From a virus (Duplodnaviria; Caudoviricetes), in IMG/VR virus record IMGVR_UViG_3300035208_006521, positions 1 through 64,000 of that record: a stretch of DNA of 64,000 nucleotides; one strand, 5' to 3'. This document shows, piece by piece, positions 47,881 to 55,910 of the stretch (its first letter is position 1; each line of letters starts with the position of its first letter). The position numbers and the translations under genes were made by a program. The notes beneath the pieces are model-generated. The model was given only the letters and a program-made list of their open reading frames with translations, was not told where the DNA came from and made no database searches.

Positions 47881-48558
47881 CTATAACTCCTTCAAATATT
47901 TTTCCGGGTAATGATCTAGCGGATTGCCTACTATCTTCAACCATGGGAGCAATAATAATTCCCAACCAAAAGTTGCTCCTAGTCTTAATGTCTTGCTTAT
48001 ATGCATAAAACCCATCCATAATGTTGGGACTTTTGTTACCATGTCTTCTTTATATACAAATCTTCTGGAAATTATTCTTCTTCTCCTAAAATCTCTTACA
48101 AATGATCTATTACCCACTCTTGGAGAACCAAAAGTGATACAGATCACTTCCTTGCCCCCTGCAGTTATCATGGAATAGAAATAAGCATGAAGAACCGCAA
48201 GGGCTGCCCCTAAACTATGGCCCGTAAAGATAACACTTTCTTTACCCCTTTTGATTATTTTTTCGAATACTTCTATTTTTGAAACTTGATACTGTCTAAA
48301 AAAACCTTCATGAACTTTTATCCTTTTTTCGGTTGTTCTTATCTTCTTGAAATTCAAATTATCATACCAATCAAGCTTGCCATGAGAGCCCTGGAAGACA
48401 ACTACTGTATGTTTTCCGTAATCTCCTATCATGTATTCTGTGTGTCCTATTTTACAAACTTCAACATTTTCCATAACTTCTTTGACTTTTCCATGATGGC
48501 CGTTATAAGAATTTACGCATGCCTGGCACATATTCCTTATTGTCATTGCTGTTAACAT
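47881..48558 (-). CDS. Class 3 lipase / alpha-beta hydrolase
   Basis: VVFQGS, VHEGFF, FTGHSLGAALA, ITFGSPRVGN, DMVTKVP, DH. Confidence 0.9.
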   Translation of the reverse strand: MLTAMTIRNMCQACVNSYNGHHGKVKEVMENVEVCKIGHTEYMIGDYGKHTVVVFQGSHGKLDWYDNLNFKKIRTTEKRIKVHEGFFRQYQVSKIEVFEKIIKRGKESVIFTGHSLGAALAVLHAYFYSMITAGGKEVICITFGSPRVGNRSFVRDFRRRRIISRRFVYKEDMVTKVPTLWMGFMHISKTLRLGATFGWELLLLPWLKIVGNPLDHYPEKYLKEL

Positions 48559-48595
48559 AAGCTTTTTCTCCTTTTAAACTATAGTTTTTTACAAT

Positions 48596-48628
48596 TTTAC
48601 GTTGCACGTACCAATGCACGCCAGCTGT
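48596..48628 (-). repeat. 33-bp GC-rich element, copy 2 (inverted relative to 13929-13961)
   Basis: Reverse complement is acagctggcgtgcattggtacgtgcaacgtaaa. Confidence 0.95.
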
Positions 48629-48632
48629 GTTT

Positions 48633-49592
48633 CTACATCTTTAATATCTTTATTAGCTTTGAAATTGTTGTTTTAGCATCAGAATGTTTTACACCAACAC
48701 CCCCTGCATGCTCCCATTTTTTGAGATTTTTATCCATATCATCAATCAGTATATTCCCATTGCCTGCATATTTCTCTTTATTGTGATCTATTATAATTTC
48801 TATTCCTTTACCTATGTTTTTATGTATCCAGAATTTTTTATCTTCCTTATAATCTTTTACTTGGGCTGTTGATGTTAATATCTTCACTATATACCCTTTG
48901 TTCTTTAATTCTGCTAAATAACCCCATAACTTCAATGCATCTTTTTTTCTGGGCATACTACGCCACCAATGAGGTTTCGATTTTATTCTTGCAAAGATAT
49001 CATCAGAGTTTTTATCATCATCAGGATGTATCCCAAAAGATGATATATAATGAGCATCAAAATCAGATAATACCCCATCACAATCACAATATATTTTCGG
49101 TTTAATTATATCCGATTTTATAAATAATCTCATACCCGACTTTTTTAACCTCTTCTCAAAATCTACACCTTTTACAACTACATCATGGATATATTTACCA
49201 TCTTTTATAACTATCTCTTCTTCCATATTTTCAAATTCATTATTTCTGTCTAGAGTATCTTCAAAGGATATACCTTCTTTGCCTATAGTTGCTGAAATAA
49301 CCACTCCATCTTCTCCGGCAAAATCATCAGCTATTGAAAAATTAGTAGTCCAGCTTATACCTGGATTATTAACATCTATATCTGTATCTTTTGAACCTCT
49401 ATATATTTTAAGTGGAAATTTTAAGTTATCCACAAAATCATTACCTGTATTTTTAAAACTTTCTGTTTCGTTGGAAGTTTTTGTTTTGGCATTATTTATT
49501 CTTCTCCACTTCCCTTCAGAAACTTTTTTATACTTGCCATGAATAGTTCCTACTGGTACTTTTCTTGCTTTTATCATGACTACTAGTTTCAT
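48633..49592 (-). CDS. Tagged fusion: ART-like (R-S-E) domain + HAD 5'(3')-deoxyribonucleotidase
   Basis: KIYRG...GISWTT...EEEIV; then IYCDCDGVLSDF, ILTS, ILIDD...W..AGG.G. Confidence 0.7.
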   Translation of the reverse strand: MKLVVMIKARKVPVGTIHGKYKKVSEGKWRRINNAKTKTSNETESFKNTGNDFVDNLKFPLKIYRGSKDTDIDVNNPGISWTTNFSIADDFAGEDGVVISATIGKEGISFEDTLDRNNEFENMEEEIVIKDGKYIHDVVVKGVDFEKRLKKSGMRLFIKSDIIKPKIYCDCDGVLSDFDAHYISSFGIHPDDDKNSDDIFARIKSKPHWWRSMPRKKDALKLWGYLAELKNKGYIVKILTSTAQVKDYKEDKKFWIHKNIGKGIEIIIDHNKEKYAGNGNILIDDMDKNLKKWEHAGGVGVKHSDAKTTISKLIKILKM

Positions 49593-49593
49593 A

Positions 49594-49842
49594 TTATGCT
49601 ACCTTTAACTTTCTTCCATTTAATTTGCCTTCTTTCTTTGCTAATTTTTCCATTGCTATCAGCCAATCATAATAATCTGGAATCTCATCCAAATGGTCTT
49701 TAGCAATCAATTCAGCTTCAGCATCATCGCTTGTGTGTTCTCTTTCAATCTTTATACCAAGCTTTAATTGTCTGGGGTCGTATTTCTTTTCCATTTTTAT
49801 TCTCCTATATAAATTAAGCAAGAAATAATTCACTACCTTCAC
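49594..49842 (-). CDS. DUF5661-like small protein
   Basis: QLKLGIKIEREHT...IAKDHLDEIPDYYD.L. Confidence 0.7.
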   Translation of the reverse strand: MKVVNYFLLNLYRRIKMEKKYDPRQLKLGIKIEREHTSDDAEAELIAKDHLDEIPDYYDWLIAMEKLAKKEGKLNGRKLKVA

Positions 49843-50272
49843 TTCTTGCCATTGGGTGCTTATTTGCTTCTGTTGTCTCTTCTATCTCTTTCATTTTGTC
49901 TTCTATTTCTTTCGAACTTCTTTTCTTAGTTTTATTTCCAAGCCACTTTTCTCTTTTTTCTTCAAGTTCTTCTTCTACTTTTGATGTATCTTTATCAGGC
50001 CTGCTATCCAATCCATCTTTTAACCTTTTGCTCCTTTCAATTGGTGGCTGGTATGTACCTTTTATTATTCTTTCCAGACCTATGAACTCTCTGGGTAATT
50101 CACTAAACATAAATTCTTCTTGTGTCTTTATTAAATCACCCATTCTCATTGCAATGGCTTTTTGTATTGCTACACCTCTACCTTTCTTTTCGCTTTCTAT
50201 TGAGTTCAATATCCTTGCCAATCCAGTTTCATCATGGGCTGCTATATCATCTATACTGCCAAGGATATTCAT
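49814..50272 (-). CDS. Paralog of the C-terminal segment of the 1358-aa protein
   Basis: MNILG...HDETGLARILNSIESEK vs MDILG...HDETGLLGILNSIEKEK. Confidence 0.65.
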   Translation of the reverse strand: MNILGSIDDIAAHDETGLARILNSIESEKKGRGVAIQKAIAMRMGDLIKTQEEFMFSELPREFIGLERIIKGTYQPPIERSKRLKDGLDSRPDKDTSKVEEELEEKREKWLGNKTKKRSSKEIEDKMKEIEETTEANKHPMARSEGSELFLA

Positions 50273-50330
50273 TTCTTTTTCTTTTCGGTTTAATTATATC
50301 CGATTTTCTTAATCTAATTATTAACTTCAT
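50247..50330 (-). CDS. 27-aa tag-bearing mini-ORF, out of frame with the 49814 ORF
   Basis: MKLIIRLRKSDIIKPKRKRNEYPWQYR; ATG overlaps the upstream TAA (TAATG). Confidence 0.5.
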   Translation of the reverse strand: MKLIIRLRKSDIIKPKRKRNEYPWQYR

Positions 50331-50779
50331 TATGCTGTCATTCTCTTATCTGGGTAATGTCTTTCCATCGTGCTTACGAATCTACTATAAACTGCCCTTG
50401 CCATTTGTTTGTCCGGCATGTTCAGATTTACTAACTTTTTAACATAATTATATGCGTCATCATGTGAAGCACCTGCCACTTTTTTCTTTCTGAAAACTTT
50501 AAACATTAAATCTTCATGGGCTGAATACTCTCTATCTACTGTTTTGTTTTCCCCTGTCTTACCTGTTACTCCTATTTCAGCCCCCTTTCTTTCAGGCTTT
50601 TCATCAGCCGAGCCTTTCTTGCTTCCAACGGGCTCTTTGTATATGTATTTGTTACCCTCCTTTCTTATATATTTAGCTTTTAGAAGACTTTCCCTTAAAT
50701 CTTTTCTCATTGCTTTCTCAAGACTTTCAGTCCAGTTGATTCTTTCACATAATGCTTTTTCCAACTTATTCATATCCAA
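50330..50779 (-). CDS. Tagged putative internal head protein
   Basis: LEKAL, LEKAM, SLLKAKYIRKEGNKYIY. Confidence 0.6.
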   Translation of the reverse strand: MDMNKLEKALCERINWTESLEKAMRKDLRESLLKAKYIRKEGNKYIYKEPVGSKKGSADEKPERKGAEIGVTGKTGENKTVDREYSAHEDLMFKVFRKKKVAGASHDDAYNYVKKLVNLNMPDKQMARAVYSRFVSTMERHYPDKRMTA

Positions 50780-50803
50780 TCTCCTTTTTTCATTTTTTGC
50801 TTC

Positions 50804-51103
50804 CTATTTTCTGACAACTAACTTCTTATATTCTTTAACGCCTTTTTTGTAAAGCTCTTTTTCTTCCGGGGCTATTTCTAATAAAAGTCCTTGTAATTCC
50901 CCAACATGCACTACTTCTTCATCCGAAATAGACTTAAGTGTTTTCTTTGCCTTATCATTACTTATTGATTCAGCCAATTGCATGTATAGTTGTATAGCTT
51001 CATACTCCGCGGCTATTGCAAATCTTATTGCTCTTATTGTCTCTTCTTTTGTGAGCTTTCTATCTGCTTTCATACCTGAGAATGGGTTTTCAAATTTTGG
51101 CAT
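50804..51103 (-). CDS. Ferritin-like / rubrerythrin-like protein
   Basis: RAIRFAIAAEYEAIQLY...DEEVVHVGE di-iron motif (E..E..Y / EE..H). Confidence 0.85.
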   Translation of the reverse strand: MPKFENPFSGMKADRKLTKEETIRAIRFAIAAEYEAIQLYMQLAESISNDKAKKTLKSISDEEVVHVGELQGLLLEIAPEEKELYKKGVKEYKKLVVRK

Positions 51104-51115
51104 ATTATTTCTCCT

Positions 51116-54100
51116 TTATATCATTACTCTTTCTTTTAAATCTTCCGATCTTCCATCTATTTCTCTCATGTGTCTTTCCATACAATCAGGGCACATTCTA
51201 CCAACCACACTCTGTGCATCATAATTTTCAAATCTCTCTGGAATATCATTCACCCATTTATCATCCTCCCTATATTTTTTGCATACTCTACATTGATATA
51301 ATACTTCTCTTCCACTTTCAAGTTCTTTCTTCTTAATGTGTGGAGTTGTATCCAGATTATCTTCCAATTCCATTGCATTCTTTTTTGTTACATCTTTTGC
51401 TTTTTGAAATGGTGATTCCTTATATATTGATCTATCTTCCCAAATGGCTTTTTCCAGTGATTGTAATAATGATTCGGCTGCGGATATTTCATCAACTTTT
51501 CTACCCAATCTTTCCAGCGCTATTGTTAGTGCCTTTTTCATTGCTTTACCTGGTGCCCCTTTTTCCTTTTCTATTGAATTTAATATCCCGAGCAAACCTG
51601 TTTCATCATGCCCTTCTATTTCTCTTGGGTTACCTAGTATATCCATTTCCCTTTCCTTTCTATCTAGGATATCCCTTTTACTCATATCAAAGGGAGAATT
51701 ACTTTCCAAAACATAAGTTGCTACATCCTTATTTTGACCCTTTCTAAATATTCTTTTATTCCTTTGGTCAAATGATGCAAAGGTGGGTGGAATATCATAA
51801 TGAAATGTTACTGTACCCCCAAACTGAAGATTATGCCCAGCTTCTAGAGACTTGGTTCCTATTATGAATCTTACTTTTGATTCTGGGTTATTAAATTCAG
51901 CTTTTGCCGAGTCAGCTTCTTTTTTCGCTGTGTCGCCATTTATGGCTACAACACTACCTTTTCCATATTTGGCTTCCAGGGTTGTTTTAATCGTATCCAT
52001 TGCTTTTCTACCCTGTAAATGTATGACCGCTTTTTCTCCTTTATGATCATTTTCCATTATATCAAGTATTTTCTGAGCTTTGGAATTATTTTGTGGGTCC
52101 CCATTATGGAGTATTTGATAATTTCTCGCGTCTCTTCTACTTGCTGCCCCTATTTTTTCTCCTTCATTTGCCCTTTCCTGGGCATATTTGGCTTCCGATT
52201 CTTTATATGCTTTTCTTTGTGCTTTTGTTAAATCTACTTTTATCCTCTTTATGTTATTTTTCACCGGCAATTGAGTCCTCTGTGAATATACCCATTGACC
52301 TATTTCTCTCCTAAACGCGTCATTTGCACCTTCCTGCACTGCTGTTGTACCTTGATTTAATCCTTCATATCTTCTTTCAAAATCTTTCATACTACCGAGT
52401 GTATGATTTGGGTCCACAAAATCTATTTTCTTCCACAATTCCCTTTTTGAATTTTTTATGTTTGTTCCTGTCATTGCTATCTTATAAGGGATTATTTTAC
52501 CCAATGATTGTAATCCTTTCATTCTACCCGAGGATTCATCGCTTGCATAATTTGGATTTGTTAACTCATGAGCTTCATCTACTACCATCATATCAAAGCC
52601 AGCTTTTTCCAATAGTTCTTTATCTGTTCTTAATTGGTCATGACCTATGATTATTATTCCATCTTTTTTATAATTTTGCTCTCTTTGTTTTGGTCCCTTA
52701 TCATTTAAAGTCACAAGTTTTTGTCTATCCGGTGTTAAAAACTTCTCCCTTTCCTGAAAGAATTGGCTTCTTAATTTTGCAGGTGTTACTACTAAACATT
52801 TTTTAGCCCCTTTATTATTCATTGCTTCCAGACAGGCTGCATATCCTAGTGGAGTTTTACCTATACCTGCTTCAAAATCTAATACTGCTTTACCCGTTTC
52901 TTTAAAGAATCTCAAACCAGCTTCCTGGGAAGCATCTAGCTTTATTTTACTTTGCATACCCTCTGGTTTATATCCATCATTCATTTTATGGGCTTTTATC
53001 TTTTCTATTATATTTTCTTTCTCCCTCGCCTTGACATTTGTATTAAAGAATTTACCTAGACTATCTTTTGGTATTTCCATTACTATTCTTTTATCTTTAG
53101 TTTTCAAAGAATAATCATCCCTACCAAGTCCCATTATTCTCGCTTTCTTTCTAGCTTCAAATAAATCATGACCCATATCTACCTGGACGGAATCTACCGG
53201 TCCTTCTTCCAATGCATTTATTAAGTGAGCTGTTGCTCTTAAACTACCTACTGCTGAACCTAAATTCTTTTGGCCAGCTACGAGTTGTCTCAATGCATAC
53301 CCATTAGCCGAAGCTTTAGAAAGTATTGCTTCTACGTCATCACTATCTTCGGCTAATTTTCTTATCTCATCCGCATTTGCAAATCTTTCCTCGGATTCTT
53401 TTAATGCTTTATCAACTACCTTCATATTATTTTCTTTTGCAAATCTGTGAAGGGCTTCTTTCACTTCCTCTGTTCTACCATCAGCATGTATTTTAGCTGC
53501 CACTATCCTGGAACAAGATTCTATTCCCATCGTTTGAATAACATCTTGATTAAATATTCCTTTTACCTTGAATATATCACCACCTACTCCATTTAGTGTT
53601 GCTAAACCACCTTCATCTATATGCTTTTGGGCTGCTAATCCTTGTGCATTCAACTTCTCATACAATTGCACGTTCTTTTGTGTTTCAACGTGTTGCTTTA
53701 CTTCTTTAACTATATCATCATCAATGCTACTTGAATCTTCCGCAAATGTTGTACCTATTTTAATCTCTGGTTCTTCTCCAATTCTACCCCTGGTAATATC
53801 TTTTAACTTTTGACGAAATTCTCTCCTTGCTTTTAATATTTCTTTTGCCTTTTCCACGTTCAAAAGGTCCTGCATATTTTGTTTCTTATCTGGTGGTATT
53901 TCATCTCCAAAATAATCTGTTGCTAGTGCGTTTAATGCCCTTGATTCTAATTGCTTTATCTTTTTTTCTTCCATTCTTACCCTGGCGGCTTCTTCTTCTT
54001 TTTTATATTCTTCGGGTTTTTCTTCCATCAACTTGGCTATTTTTTCTTCACCTACTTTATTCTTTTTGGCCATTCTTTTCTTCGCAACTTCACTTATCTC

Positions 54101-55192
54101 TTCCAGGTCTTTGGTTGTTAATATCGTTTTGTATTCCTCGCCCATTATCGTTTTCACTTTTTCTTCATAGGAGGCTCTTTCTCCTTTCTTGGCTTCTATC
54201 TCTTCCTTCTTCAGCTTGGTTTGTTCTTTTCTTTCTTCTGGGGTTATGTCCTTTAGCTTGGCTTCTTTCTTCTCCTTGAGTTGCTTTCTATACTCATCTT
54301 CTGGTAACAATTTATCGATCTTGAAGTGGTTTAATTTACCGCCTGCACCTCCTACTACCACATAACCTCCTTCTTCTACCCCTTGCACCAATACGTGTTG
54401 TCCCCTTACTGTCACCCATCTCAATCCCTTTCCTTTGAGGTCTTCTTTTTTATAATGCTCTTTGTCTGACTTCCTCATCTCCATATCCGGGCCGGATATC
54501 TTACCCTTCTTGCTCTTTACCTTGCTCTTGAAGTCATCTATCTTGAACTCTTCCATACTACCAAAGAATTTTTCTGGGTTGTCATAATGATCACAATATG
54601 CTTTCTTCGCTTCTTTATCATTATTAAATCCCAACATCACTTTATCTTCATCGTATTTCCCTGTTAGTGGATTATTCTGATGTATTACATATACCCTTTT
54701 ACTTTCTTCATCTTCTCCTATGAAGCAATCTACGCAATCTCCGTCAGCCCCTTCCGTTAGTCTTATGTACCCATATGGTATTTTCATCTTTGTTTTCCAT
54801 TCGTTACCATCTGGGTCTTTTCCTCTTCTTATACTGCCAGGTTTATTTTCTATACTTATATCCATGCCCTGGAATTTTCTTTTACCTTGTAATTTGTAGT
54901 TTGCCTTTTCCATATTCTCAAAATGATTTTTTAACAGGTAATAATTCTCTATGGAAAATTCTCGCACATCCAAGTCCTCAACACCAGGGCACAAAAAAGA
55001 GAGCTCAACGGCTTTTTTCATAAGACCTAAATCTACCGTTGAGCTTTTATTCATACCGCTATATATACTGTTTACTAACTTCCAGAAGCTTTCATCTTCT
55101 TCCGTATAATTTGGATACTGCCTATGTACTATCTTTTTGGCTTTATCCCACTTCTTTTCGTCTTGCTTATCTTTTACTAATCCTTTTGGCAT
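51116..55192 (-). CDS. Large polyvalent protein: small N-terminal domain + inorganic-pyrophosphatase-like domain + SNF2/SWI2 ATPase (DarB-like)
   Basis: ISIEN..GS.R.G.D..G..W...M..PYGYI..T.GADGD.VD.FIG...DEDKVMLGF; SNF2 motifs DFEAGIGKT, VVDEAH, MTGT, GHNLQ, QRNKRIFR.GQ. Confidence 0.85.
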   Translation of the reverse strand: MPKGLVKDKQDEKKWDKAKKIVHRQYPNYTEEDESFWKLVNSIYSGMNKSSTVDLGLMKKAVELSFLCPGVEDLDVREFSIENYYLLKNHFENMEKANYKLQGKRKFQGMDISIENKPGSIRRGKDPDGNEWKTKMKIPYGYIRLTEGADGDCVDCFIGEDEESKRVYVIHQNNPLTGKYDEDKVMLGFNNDKEAKKAYCDHYDNPEKFFGSMEEFKIDDFKSKVKSKKGKISGPDMEMRKSDKEHYKKEDLKGKGLRWVTVRGQHVLVQGVEEGGYVVVGGAGGKLNHFKIDKLLPEDEYRKQLKEKKEAKLKDITPEERKEQTKLKKEEIEAKKGERASYEEKVKTIMGEEYKTILTTKDLEEISEVAKKRMAKKNKVGEEKIAKLMEEKPEEYKKEEEAARVRMEEKKIKQLESRALNALATDYFGDEIPPDKKQNMQDLLNVEKAKEILKARREFRQKLKDITRGRIGEEPEIKIGTTFAEDSSSIDDDIVKEVKQHVETQKNVQLYEKLNAQGLAAQKHIDEGGLATLNGVGGDIFKVKGIFNQDVIQTMGIESCSRIVAAKIHADGRTEEVKEALHRFAKENNMKVVDKALKESEERFANADEIRKLAEDSDDVEAILSKASANGYALRQLVAGQKNLGSAVGSLRATAHLINALEEGPVDSVQVDMGHDLFEARKKARIMGLGRDDYSLKTKDKRIVMEIPKDSLGKFFNTNVKAREKENIIEKIKAHKMNDGYKPEGMQSKIKLDASQEAGLRFFKETGKAVLDFEAGIGKTPLGYAACLEAMNNKGAKKCLVVTPAKLRSQFFQEREKFLTPDRQKLVTLNDKGPKQREQNYKKDGIIIIGHDQLRTDKELLEKAGFDMMVVDEAHELTNPNYASDESSGRMKGLQSLGKIIPYKIAMTGTNIKNSKRELWKKIDFVDPNHTLGSMKDFERRYEGLNQGTTAVQEGANDAFRREIGQWVYSQRTQLPVKNNIKRIKVDLTKAQRKAYKESEAKYAQERANEGEKIGAASRRDARNYQILHNGDPQNNSKAQKILDIMENDHKGEKAVIHLQGRKAMDTIKTTLEAKYGKGSVVAINGDTAKKEADSAKAEFNNPESKVRFIIGTKSLEAGHNLQFGGTVTFHYDIPPTFASFDQRNKRIFRKGQNKDVATYVLESNSPFDMSKRDILDRKEREMDILGNPREIEGHDETGLLGILNSIEKEKGAPGKAMKKALTIALERLGRKVDEISAAESLLQSLEKAIWEDRSIYKESPFQKAKDVTKKNAMELEDNLDTTPHIKKKELESGREVLYQCRVCKKYREDDKWVNDIPERFENYDAQSVVGRMCPDCMERHMREIDGRSEDLKERVMI

Positions 55193-55213
55193 TTTGTTAC
55201 CTCTTTATTTTAA

Positions 55214-55423
55214 TTACTCATTTCTTACTATACCCGCATTTGCCCACATTATACATTCTTCCAGCTTAGTTAACGCTATAGATTTTTCTCTTGATTGTGG
55301 GACTTTTTCGTCTATCATTGTTGCTAATACTTTTCCTTCCTTTCTTATCATCTTTAATTGGTCTATTTTATATCTATCTGGTTCATGATAAGTAAAATTA
55401 TTTTCTATCTGTGGATTGTGCAT
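55214..55423 (-). CDS. Acb2/Tad1-like hairpin protein (candidate nucleotide-signal sponge)
   Basis: NNFTYH.P, SREKSIALTKLEECIMWAN resembles the Tad1 SRE..ALT..EE..MW helix. Confidence 0.7.
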   Translation of the reverse strand: MHNPQIENNFTYHEPDRYKIDQLKMIRKEGKVLATMIDEKVPQSREKSIALTKLEECIMWANAGIVRNE

Positions 55424-55435
55424 TTGCTATCTCTC

Positions 55436-55651
55436 TTATTTTTTTAGAATATCCTCTTTTATATAAAGAGGATATCCATTAAGTCTTCCGGCCAAAAAGA
55501 ATATATCATATTCCAACTCTATGGGCGACGAGTCTATTTCCTCTACTACCATAGGTGTATATTGCGGTCTCACAAACTTTAGAAAAGGACCTTCGATATT
55601 TCCCACCGCCATCATTTTTATTCTTCTACCGTTGTCAACTAATACTTCCAT
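55436..55651 (-). CDS. Hypothetical protein
   Basis: ORF track. Confidence 0.55.
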   Translation of the reverse strand: MEVLVDNGRRIKMMAVGNIEGPFLKFVRPQYTPMVVEEIDSSPIELEYDIFFLAGRLNGYPLYIKEDILKK

Positions 55652-55658
55652 CGCCTTT

Positions 55659-55856
55659 TTATTCCTTATTGGCTATATTTGTTTTTTTTGATGCTAGCGA
55701 TTTTGTTTCCTTCCTTATAGCATCTTCAAATATTTTTGTGTTGTATCCTTTCAACAACAGGTTGTGTCTTTTTATCTGTTTCTTATACTGATCATAAAGT
55801 TCCTTATCTACAAAGAAACTTAATGATGATTTTTTGTTGTTTGTTGCTTCCTTCAT
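55659..55856 (-). CDS. Ribbon-helix-helix-like small regulator
   Basis: SSLSFFVDKELYDQY...IFEDAIRK pattern. Confidence 0.45.
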   Translation of the reverse strand: MKEATNNKKSSLSFFVDKELYDQYKKQIKRHNLLLKGYNTKIFEDAIRKETKSLASKKTNIANKE

Positions 55857-55910
55857 TTTTTATTCTCCTTCTTATTTATTTAATCCCCATAATGGAGGTA
55901 ATTCACTATG

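Noticed and set aside
38660-51103. Encapsulin nanocompartment operon (ferritin-like cargo plus HK97 shell)
   Set aside because: The shell gene is a phage MCP with protease, scaffold and a full contractile tail.
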